Shown here: in pieces, positions 10,607 to 59,600 of the stretch
How positions within the stretch are numbered: the first letter of the stretch is position 1
Layout: every line of letters starts with the position of its first letter
Source of the DNA: Macrostomum lignano
Lineage: Eukaryota
Direction of reading: 5' to 3'
DNA length: 64,000 nucleotides
Assembly: GCA_002269645.1 (NCBI GenBank)
Contig: NIVC01003223.1
Coordinates: 21,555 to 85,554 of the forward strand
Program-made: the position numbers and the translations under genes
The notes under the pieces: model-generated
What the model was told of the DNA's origin: nothing
The model's database searches: none
What the model saw: only the letters and a program-made list of their open reading frames with translations

Positions 10607-11866
10607 ACATAAGGTACAAAAATTTATCCATTTTTATAGTTTTGTTTTAATTGGACTTTTTGCACAAATTCATATTTTAGCTTTGCGCACAGTGCATACT
10701 CCAAAAATACACTGAAATATATTCCCGTGCACATGTGACACCTTCCTAAGTGTGGTAATCATACACAAGATCATAGTTGGTTGATCCCTAAAATAGAATA
10801 ACACTATAACAAAATGTAGAATCTATTGCTATTGACAGGAATCTATAGCTATCTATATAAATTGCAGAATGACTGCAGATTCTAATAACTTTAAGTAAAA
10901 TTCAAATGCAAGATAGCTAAATGCCTAAGGCTAAAATGCAGTATGAACTATTATAATTATAGGGCCTATTACAACAATAAAGCCTTCAAAATTTGACCAA
11001 ACTGCTAAAGAGAAAATTATGATAATATTTTCAACACCCATCAATAGCCATATTTTTCATGAAAGAACCTAGGCACCTATACTTTTATTTTTTGTATAGG
11101 CCTACATATTTAGTCCAAAGTTGTGAAGACAAAACAACAATAGCCTAATATTGAAATGACAGTTGACAATGCCCTATAATACAACTTGTACAAGACTGCA
11201 AGTGCAAAACAGCAATGCTAGCATAGTACATTGTCAATACTACTTACAATACAATAATGGTAGGGGCCTAGGGCCTACACCACCTAGCCACTAGTTTTTG
11301 TTGATTAAATTGACTCAATCTAGGCCCTATCTAAATCTAGTGAATCCAATAATATTAATTAACTTTAAATGGCTAGCACGTGCAGAATTCACACGTGAAT
11401 TAAGACTGTATAAATGGCAATGCAAAACGCACAAGTGCCTTGCAGTTTCAATTCAATGTCGTCGGATGTCGTATGTATACAAATGCGAATTTATAGCGGC
11501 AACAAGGTTCGAAGGCAATTGATATTAATTAACACCAAGACACTTAAAAAATAATATCAGATTGGGCAAATATTTTTATCAAAGTTATAAAACATGTTTT
11601 ATAGTGTACTACACAAGTTAGAAAGCTAAATATTAGTTTAAAAAAATAAAAACAAGTAGCTGAATCTTAATGAAACATAGCGACTTGATCTGGAGTTTGT
11701 TATTATAAAGCGATGTGTACTTGACCTAATCCAATAGAATTTGCTATTTATTGATGATACCAGTAATTTAAAAGTTCTTTCAGGCCAAAAAGTATGGCCC
11801 AAATTTTTTTGCCCACGCGGCTGAGAGGGGCATGCATGCCCCCCTTGCAACTAGGATCCAACACTG

Positions 11867-12051
11867 ATCGGAATCCAGCCAGGCCTTCCTACGGGAAATC
11901 TGGTCGGAATCCAACGACGTACATGTATATACAGACCAAAATAATTTAATCCCGTCAAATTCCAACGTCCAACAAAGTTGGATGTCCAACATACATCCAA
12001 AGTCGGATTCCGACCAAATTTTCCGGAGCACAAGTCTGACTGGATTCCGAT
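11867..12051. mobile_element. Small nested inverted-repeat (MITE-like) element
   Basis: atcggaatccagccag / ctgactggattccgat outer pair and tggtcggaatcc / ggattccgacca inner pair. Confidence 0.45.
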
Positions 12052-12094
12052 GAAGAATTCAGATGGCTAGCTGAATGTTTTTTCATGCAATGGT

Positions 12095-12270
12095 TCTCAT
12101 TTGGCGCGAATTCGGCAAAACAAGTTTGTGTAAAGTGACTTGATATTCGTTTGCTGAAAATAAAAGAAATTTTCAAAAGTTGAGATTCTCGCGAGAATTA
12201 GTCAGCTTTATATGTACACCAGCAAAAGACTCAACTCTTACAGAGATAGCAAGCTACATGGCGTCCAATT
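12095..12270. promoter_or_regulatory. Candidate SLBP promoter (E2F-like, CGCG box, YY1-like motifs)
   Basis: TTTGGCGC 12100-12107; palindrome ATTCTCGCGAGAAT 12185-12198; ATGGCG near 12258. Motif-based inference only. Confidence 0.3.
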
Positions 12271-12777
12271 CGGTTAATTAATTTCGTATTAAGTGCAGTA
12301 CATGTATCACGTACAAGTTTAATTTCACTTACAGTACATTTTTAACGCGTACGACCGAATCTGTAAGACTTCTGATCCTTAGGTCAAAAATATCATTAGA
12401 ATTCTTAAAATGTGTACACCTTCATCAAATTAAAGCACATAATTCGATCTCAGCAAAGCTTGCAAATACGCTTACACACCTACTTAATTTTGTGGCAAGT
12501 TTGTAAAATGTATATGCTTTTGCATGTGTATGACGCTATTATATGTATGATTTTCCAGACAATAGGACAAATATAGTATATACCAAAAACTATTTGCAAA
12601 AAGCACTTCTAAAAAGTGCGCGAAAGTGAAAGTCCGCAACAGTTAAATCAATTCAAAAACATTTCGAAAAGCAGGTGCTCATTCTACAGTAGTCTGAATA
12701 TTTACTGTGAAAGATATCTCCTGACTGTTAAAAACTGAATTGCAAACAATGAATTATAGTTTTCCACACGATTACTG

Positions 12778-50310
<37,533 letters not shown>

Positions 50311-52819
50311 CTCTTCTAGCTAAGACTTAGATGAAGTCGCAAGGAGGACTGTTATTTGGCCTTTGCAACCGCCCCAAACACCCAGTCGATCGACCGAGGT
50401 GTTTTGGGGTTTTTTCTGACTCGAAACACCGCGTGATGTTTTAATAGGATTTTTTAAAGAACCGATCCACCACAATCGGATTATAAGAATTCTTTGACTG
50501 CGAGGTTATTACTTATTACTTATGTAGGTTACAACTCAGCGAGTCAGCGATACCGATCGAAAAAGCTTGTGGCGAAACGCGCGTTCGTTGAGCCGTCTCT
50601 TACTGGCTTTGGCTAGAGCCTATCTTATCTTTTTATGGGCCTCTCGACCCCTTCTCGCCACAGGGGCCCGCCGCCGGCCGGTCTTTCCGATCTTATTCCA
50701 CCACGTGCGCCCATCCACCCTCCTTTCCACGCGTCGACTTACACAACCCTGAAGAGAAAACTTCCATTCCACTCCCTCCTGCCCCCGTCCGTTACTTTCA
50801 CCCTTTCCCCAGAATTGTACATTGCTAGCATGTACATCCAGAGCTGGCGTGCGCCGCCCACCCCACAGATCTAGCCCAGTAATGTACATATGCTTAGACA
50901 AGGTCGATTAGTCAATATGTACACGATTAGTAAAAGGCCCGAAGAGAAAAAATTCGCGTGACTATCGCTACTATACGCCCTACGTTAGCAAATAAAAAAC
51001 TGCCCTACTTTTCTAATCTATGAGTAGCCTAATGTCATAGTAGCGTTTTACGATACACCGTATTAAGTTACGAGGTTAAAATTACTAAGATTATTATTAT
51101 TACACTCGTCCGTACTGGAGAACCGCAAAGATTTCTTAACTTTAATCCCTTGACAAAAACCTAAAATTTAATACTAAATTTATGTAGCTAGCTCGAGCTA
51201 ATGATGCTATTTTCAGTCTTCTAATGTCGAATGATAAAAAAAAGAAAAAATAGACTTTTCATCAAGCAATTGAAGCGAACCCGAATATACTACAGATTAA
51301 CCATAGAACAGTGTAACGCAACAATAACATATTTATGTTGTATATTGGTATATTTAAAAAATAAACCAATATAACTGTGTCCTTATTTTTATCATGTGAT
51401 CATCAGACCAAACTCGTAATAAGATTCGTACTTTAAACAGTACACACACAACCTTTCTAGACATGTACTCATGCGTGTAAAAACTGAATCGCTAAAACAT
51501 GTTGACACCTTGACCTTATTTGTGTATGAAAAATTGTTGCACCAAGGCCTAATTTACTATGCAAATAAAAACATGTATACTAAGCTAATAAAATACTATC
51601 ATTGAAATAACAATAATCGATGTAAACTTGTTCTGACCAAACTTGTCTTGATTAAAACACCGACGCCTAATAGTTAGAAAAAAGTGTGCAAAATATAAAA
51701 ACAGTCAATAATACCAACTTATTAAAAGCAACAGGCGAAACGGCACATTTTGTGACCCCTATAGTAAACTTTTAAGAAAAAACTAGACTGCTTTAGCGGG
51801 ATGTAACAAGTAAAAATCAAGAATAAAATTTACACAATTCCTAAATAAAATATTTCAATATCAACATTAGCAATAGAAGATAATTAACAGGTAAAAAATC
51901 TCCAACCATCTTCATTGCGGTAGATTTACATGTACACTTCAATTTGGTGCCAAAATTAAAGGATAAATTCATATTTTATAATTCAAAATTAATAAACTGG
52001 ACATTGGAATTTAAACAACGGGTTGAGCCAGAGATTTTGGAAAACAACTTTTTTTCCGCACCAATTTAAATCATTAATACGATAAAACAAATAAACCACT
52101 GTTTGTTAACTTGAAATCGTTGCAGAAAATTAACAACCCTCACAGTTAAACAAACAAAAATAATTTGAAAACCAAATCAAAGAAAGTTTGTCAACAAAAA
52201 GCAACACGAAAAATCTGGATTGGCACAAAGAATTTAAACGGATTTTGATTAGGTTGGAATCAATAAAAATACACAGGAAGCAAATCAACAATCGTCACTA
52301 TTGTAGTTAAACAAAACCGATAGATTTCTAAGAAATGTTTCAAAAGTTCGTTAAAACAAATACCAACATTGATTTGATCAACAATCATTTGATTGAATTT
52401 GACAACCAGATCGAGGCGCGCACAATTCAGAAGAGAGAATTTATTGCATATTGAAAGGCACGAAGACGGATCGGTAAGGCATTAAATTAATGATTCATAA
52501 TTGGTAATGATGATAAACATCGATAATATTACTGTAATATTGGCATATTGCACAGCCGACTATGATGAGTGAAATCTGTAGCTAGAAATCGCGCTAAATA
52601 AGGCAAATAGGTGTATGATAGAAAAATGTATTTTTTGTCAATAAAAGTGGAAGCTTAAGAACAGACAATAGAAAATTATTAATATCTAACTAACTACAGA
52701 CACAACCAATTGTCCAAAATTAAAGAAAATTAAAAAAGTACAAACTTCCAGGCAAATAAAAATACAAAAAAATACCTAAGCCTGATCGCCGAATAACAAG
52801 AGAATTTTCATATTTTAAA

Positions 52820-53085
52820 GATTCGAGACTCTGGGCTACGGAATGGCAGATTTCTAGATCTGGGATTACACATTTGGGATTTGGGACTCTCTCAGATTCA
52901 GTATTTCGAAATTTGGGATTTCGGACTCCTAGACAAGGGATTCTCAAAGTTGGGATTTGAAATTTGAGACTCCCAGCTACGGGATACCTAAATTTGGGGA
53001 TTTGGTATCCGGGACTCCCTCCGAGCTGCGGAATTTTGGATTCTTGAAATTTGGGATTTGAGTCTCTCCCAGCTTTGGGATGAAA
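52820..53085. repeat. Degenerate TTTGGGATTT-core repeat in the GALNT 3' flank
   Basis: Motif recurs about every 40 nt. Confidence 0.6.
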
Positions 53086-53126
53086 AACTTTTTTGCGTCG
53101 ACTTTGAGACAGATGATTTTATTAAA

Positions 53127-53648
53127 TCACAGCCTTTTGCTGTCGCTAGCAGCAGCTGGCACTTGCCGTTTCCATTTCCATTGCTGCCTCTTGTTGCCAG
53201 GCTTACAACTGGCCAGAGTGAGTTTATTACCTGGCGAAGCTTCCATACAGAGGCCTCTTAAAGCGTGATAAATGCTGCCATCGGATCGATAGCGCCACTC
53301 CTGATTGCCGCGGCCGCCGTGACAATTGTAGATGATGACATTGTCACCGCCTGGAAAGTCTACGCAGCCTTCGTCCCGCCGAATTTCGCCGTTCTTAGAC
53401 AGCATCCAGAACTGATTGCCGCCCTGGCCGTGACAGGGCCAGAGCTTCACGATGGTCCTGCCGGACTCGTGATGACTCACTGGCGAGTCAATGCAGTACG
53501 GCACCGCGGCGTTCTCGATGGGACCTCGGGCCAGAGCGTGTCTGGGCAGGAACAGTTCGGGGTAGACGGTGTCCAAATACCACTGGAAACTGCGGCAGCC
53601 AAGTCGCTGGCGGAGTGCTTTGCGTTCAGACACGTCGCCGTAATTTCC
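53127..53648 (-). CDS. GALNT: GALNT last exon (ricin-type lectin domain)
   Basis: gccag|GGA; [22 protein letters not shown]; QxW repeats; TGA. Confidence 0.92.
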   Translation of the reverse strand, partial: GNYGDVSERKALRQRLGCRSFQWYLDTVYPELFLPRHALARGPIENAAVPYCIDSPVSHHESGRTIVKLWPCHGQGGNQFWMLSKNGEIRRDEGCVDFPGGDNVIIYNCHGGRGNQEWRYRSDGSIYHALRGLCMEASPGNKLTLASCKPGNKRQQWKWKRQVPAAASDSKRL

Positions 53649-56600
53649 CTGGCGTAAATGGGATTTTGGAGATTCTTTTTAATTTAAACTAATTGCAGTT
53701 AAGACAAACAAGATAAGCCAGGGGTAGATGATAATGATTGGATCTGAGTAGGGATCGATGGGATCAAAGTAGGAATCGATGGGATCAGAGTAGGGATCCA
53801 TGGGATCAGAGTAGGGATCCATGGGATCAGAGTAGGGATCCATGGGATCAGAGTAGGGATCCATGGGATCAGAGTAGGGATCAATGGGATCAGAGTAGGG
53901 ATCAATGGGATCAGAGTAGGGATCAATGGGATCAGAGTAGGGATCCATGGGAACAGAGTATGGATTAATCGGATCAGAGTATGGATTGATAGGATCAGAG
54001 TATGGATCAATCGGATCAGAGTATGGATTGATAGGATCAGAGTATGGATCAATCGGATCAGAGTATGGATTGATAGGATCAGAGATGAGGATTCAAGTAA
54101 AGATGTATTTCGCAAATATAAATCTGTTGAAAATCCTTTTGGCCTTGATAATTTGATGTTAAGCTAAAAATGATAAAATTATTAAAGCCAGACATAAACA
54201 AACGAAACAAACCGGTTTTGACTAGTTAAAGAATTCGAGAAAGCTTAGCAAATAAAATAAAAGATCAAAAAAACACATGATAATACGCCTAACTTGAATC
54301 TCAAGCCGGTTATAATAGAATTTAGCAGCCGAAACAGCGTGCATTAATAGCATTAATGGCTATGACATGTCTCAACGTGCGCAAGTGGCGGTGTTACAAC
54401 AAATAAGCTCTTTCGCGCGCATCTACTAGCTATGGAAATGTTATTATTTATCTGAGACAAATATAGATCCAGGCATTTGCTAAAATTTGCACTGATTTTA
54501 AATCGACAACATTTAGTAAATTGAATGAAAAATTTCTATACTAAACCAGCTACAGAGAGGGCGCCAGCTACAGAGAGGGCGCCAGCTACAGAGAGGAGGC
54601 GCCAGCTACAGAGGGGAGGCGCCAGCTACAGAGGGTAGGCGCCAGTTACAGAGGGGAGGCGCCAGCTACAGAGGGGGCGCCAGCTACAGAGGGGCGCCAG
54701 CTACAGAGGCGGCGCCAGCTACAGAGGGGAGGCGCCAGCTACAGAGGGGGCGCCAGCTACAGAGGGGCGCCAGCTACAGAGGCGGCGCCAGCTACAGAGG
54801 GGAGGCGCCAGCTACAGAGAGGAGGCGCCAACTACAGAGGGGGCGCCAGCTACAGAGGGGGCGCCAGCTACAGAGGGGAGGCGCCAGCTACAGAGAGGAG
54901 GCGCCAGCTACAGAGGGGGCGCCAGCTACAGAGGGGGCGCCAGCTACAGAGGGGGTGCCAGCTACAGAGAGGCGCCAGCTACAGAGGGGGCGCCAGCTAC
55001 AGAGAGGCGCTAGCTACAGAGGGGGCGCCAGCTACAGAGGGAACGCCAGTGAGGGGGCGGCAGCTACAAAGGGGGCGCCAGCTACAGAGAGGCGCCAGCT
55101 ACAGGGGCGCCAGCTACAGAGAGGCGCCAGCTACAGAGGGGGCGCCAGCTACAGAGGGAACGCCAGCTTCAGAGGGGGCGGCAGCTACAGAGGCGGCGCC
55201 AGCTACAGAGGGGAGGCGCCAGCTACAGAGGGGAGGCGCCAGCTACAGAGGGGGCGGCAGCTACAGAGGCGGCGCCAGCTACAGAGGGGAGGCGCCAGCT
55301 ACAGAGGGGAGGCGCCAGCTACAGAGGGAACGCCAGCTTCAGAGGGGGCGGCAGCTACAAAGGGGGCGCCAGCTACAGAGAGGCGCCAGCTACAGAGGGG
55401 GCGCCAGCTACAGAGAGGCGCCAGCTAAAGAGGGGGCGCCAGCTACAGAGGGAACGCCAGCTTCAGAGGGGCGGCAGCTACAAAGGGGGCGCCAGCTACA
55501 GAGGGGCGCCAGCTACAGAGGGCCTTGCTGAATATAAAGACAAAACTGAAGCTGAAATTTGCAGTCAAAGCATTATGCTCAGGCAATGAGATAATTTGCC
55601 TACCTTTCCCCCTACTCTCTCGTAGTAGATAGTCGCGTACTCGTCCATCCACACGTCAGCCAGTCGCACAGAATTCTTTTTCAACACGCTGCCGGTGCCC
55701 CAACTGTAGGGCGAGCGCTTCCGAAAGATGTGACCAACAATGGAGCAGGGCACAATCTCCAGGGTGCCGCCGCACATCCAAATTTTGAAGCTAATCTCTA
55801 AATTCTCTCCGCCCCAGATGTCGAATCCGGGATCGTAGCTGCCCAGATGGGCAAAGTATTTCCTGGAAATGGAGAACAGTCCGCCAGCCATGGTGGGGCT
55901 GCGAACCGGATCGATCCTACTTAGCCGGCGCTTCCTGTCGCGCTCGGGCACAACGTGCCAATTGAATTGTAAATTCCAGTCGAATCCGCCAACACTCATC
56001 GAGTCTAAATTAGTTGCCGTGGACATTGCCAAGGTGCTATCGCTGATCACTTCGATAGTTGGCGTCACAACGTTTGTCCAGTTGAGCGCGATCCGATGCA
56101 GCAGCGGCTCGAGCCAGCCTGTGGGGCATTCGCAATGCGAATCCAGGAATGTCAGCACAGTGCCTTCGGCTTTGCGGGCTCCCATTAACCTGGCGCGGAT
56201 TAGGCCTTCGCGCTTGGCTGCCCGAAGGATTCGAACCTGAGTGATGCAAATTAGGCTACTTTTAGTAGTGTGAGAAGAATTATATTCAACTTTACATTGT
56301 ATAACTTTACAACTACTTAACTTGAAGGTCAGGGGTTCGATTCTTGATCCCACTAGAACAATTTGTGTCCTTGAGCAACACACTGAACTCTGCATTGCTT
56401 CAGTTCACCCAGCTGTAAAATGGATGCCAGCATTAGCTGAGGTAATTAAAGGTGTGCGTGGCGACCCCCCACAGTCCTTGGACTGAACAGCCGCACGCAG
56501 CCTTCAGATCAGGTGACAATCACACGCTAATCTAATCAGTGATCAGGTGACAATCACACTAATCTAATTAGTGATCAGGTGAAAATCACACTAATCTAAT

Positions 56601-59600
56601 TAGTGATCAGGTGACAATCACACTAATCTAATTAGTGATCAGGTGACAATCACACTAATCTAATCAGTGATCAGGTGACAATCACACTTATCTAATCAGT
56701 GATCAGGTGACAATCACACACTAATCTAATCAGTAATCAGGTGACAATCACACACTAATCTAATTAGTGATCAGGTGAAAATCACACTAATCTAATTAGT
56801 GATCAGGTTACAATCACACACTAATCTAATCAGTGATCAGGTGACAATCACACACTAATCTAATCGGTGATCAGGTGACAATAACACACTAATCTAATTA
56901 GTGATCAGGTGACAATCACACTAATCTAATTAGTGATCAGGTGACAATCACACACTAATCTAATCAGTGATCAGGTGACCATCACACACTAATCTAATCG
57001 GTGATCAGGTGACAATCACACACTAATCTAATTAGTGATCAGGTGACAATCACACTAATCTAATTAGTGATCAGGTGACAATCACACACTAATCTAATCA
57101 GTGATCAGGTGACAATAACACACTAATCTAATTAGTGATCAGGTGACAATCACACTAATCTAATTAGTGATCAGGTGACAATCAAACACTAATCTAATCA
57201 GTGATCGGGTGACAATCACACACTAATCTAATCAGTGATAAGATGACAATCACACAATAATCTGATCAATGATATAAAAATAATTTCAATAAGTAAAACC
57301 TTACTTTAGGCGAATAATAACGCATATATTCGGTGAGCGGCCGTTTCAGATGCTCATATTCGGATGCATCGTCAACTAGAATAATTTCTTTAATAAGACT
57401 AGGCGGAGACCGATTGATAACCGAGTGCACAGTGCGCAGGAGCACTGACCAGGCCTCGTTGTGGAAGCAGATAATTACAGATGTGTCCGGCAGAGGACCC
57501 GGGTATCTGCAGTTTTAGGGGAAAGAGCGCCTGTTTTTATAAGGCAATTTTGTAAGCAGTTCGTGTAAATGAAAAAGGGGTGTTTATTAGTGACTATTGC
57601 AGGTAGCTTACGTGTGAATAAAAGGGGTGTTTATTAGTGACTATTGCAGGTAGCTTACGTGTGAATAAAAGGGGTGTTTATTAGTGACTATTGCAGGTAG
57701 CTTATGTGTGAATAAAAGGGGTGTTTATTAGTGACTATTGCAGGTAGTTTACGTGTGAATAAAAGGGGTGTTTATTAGTGACTATTGCAGGTAGCTTATG
57801 TGTGAATAAAAGGGGTGTTTATTAGTGACTATTGCAGGTAGCTTATGTGTGAATAAAAGGGGTGTTTATTAGTGACTATTGCAGGTAGCTTATGTGTGAA
57901 TAAAAGGGGTGTTTATTAGTGACTATTGCAGGTAGCTTACGTGTGAATAAAAGGGGTGTTTATTAGTGACTATTGCAGGTAGCTTACGTGTGAATAAAAG
58001 GGGTGTTTATTAGTGACTATTGCAGGTAGCTTACGTGTGAATAAAAGGGGTGTTTATTAGTGACTTTTGCAGGTAGTTTACGTGTGAATAAAAGGGGTGT
58101 TTATTAGTGACTATTGCAGGTAGCTTACGTGTGAATAAAAGGGGTGTTTATTAGTGACTATTGCAGGTAGCTTACGTGTGAATAAAAGGGGTGTTTATTA
58201 GTGACTTTTGCAGGTAGTTTACGTGTGAATAAAAGGGGTGTTTATTAGTGACTATTGCAGGTAGCTTATGTGTGAATAAAAGGGGTGTTTATTAGTGACT
58301 ATTGCAGGTAGCTTATGTATGAATAAAAGGGGTGTTTATTAGTGACTTTTGCAGGTAGTTTACGTGTGAATAAAAGGGGTGTTTATTAGTGACTATTGCA
58401 GGTAGCTTATGTGTGAATAAAAGGGGTGTTTATTAGTGACTATTGCAGGTAGCTTATGTGTGAATAAAAGGGGTGTTTATTAGTGACTATTGCAGGTAGT
58501 TTACGTGTGAATAAAAGGGGTGTTTATTAGTGACTATTGCAGGTAGCTTATGTGTGAATAAAAGGGGTGTTTATTAGTGACTATTGCAGGTAGCTTACGT
58601 GTGAATAAAAGGGGTGTTTATTAGTGACTATTGCAGGTAGCTTACGTGTGAATAAAAGGGGTGTTTATTAGTGACTATTGCAGGTAGCTTATGTGTGAAT
58701 AAAAGGGGTGTTTATTAGTGACTATTGCAGGTAGTTTACGTGTGAATAAAAGGGGTGTTTATTAGTGACTATTGCAGGTAGCTTATGTGTGAATAAAAGG
58801 GGTGTTTATTAGTGACTATTGCAGGTAGCTTATGTGTGAATAAAAGGGGTGTTTATTAGTGACTATTGCAGGTAGCTTATGTGTGAATAAAAGGGGTGTT
58901 TATTAGTGACTATTGCAGGTAGCTTACGTGTGAATAAAAGGGGTGTTTATTAGTGACTATTGCAGGTAGCTTACGTGTGAATAAAAGGGGTGTTTATTAG
59001 TGACTATTGCAGGTAGCTTACGTGTGAATAAAAGGGGTGTTTATTAGTGACTTTTGCAGGTAGTTTACGTGTGAATAAAAGGGGTGTTTATTAGTGACTA
59101 TTGCAGGTAGCTTACGTGTGAATAAAAGGGGTGTTTATTAGTGACTATTGCAGGTAGCTTACGTGTGAATAAAAGGGGTGTTTATTAGTGACTTTTGCAG
59201 GTAGTTTACGTGTGAATAAAAGGGGTGTTTATTAGTGACTATTGCAGGTAGCTTATGTGTGAATAAAAGGGGTGTTTATTAGTGACTATTGCAGGTAGCT
59301 TATGTGTGAATAAAAGGGGTGTTTATTAGTGACTTTTGCAGGTAGTTTACGTGTGAATAAAAGGGGTGTTTATTAGTGACTATTGCAGGTAGTTTACCTG
59401 TGAATTAAAGGGGTGTTTATTAGTGACTATTGCAGGTAGCTTATGTGTGAATAAAAGGGGTGTTTATTAGTGACTATTGCAGGTAGTTTACGTGTGAATA
59501 AAAGGGGTGTTTATTAGTGACTATTGCAGGTAGCTTATGTGTGAATAAAAGGGGTGTTTATTAGTGACTATTGCAGGTAGCTTACGTGTGAATAAAAGGG

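Noticed and set aside
54955-55531. RGG-like ORFs (RGGASY repeats) suggesting an RNA-binding protein
   Set aside because: Antisense to GALNT, entirely within an 18-21-bp array with frame-shifting unit lengths.
56330-56350. tRNA gene
   Set aside because: Only a B-box/T-arm remnant is present. There is no acceptor stem or A-box, and it continues into a SINE CORE-like domain.
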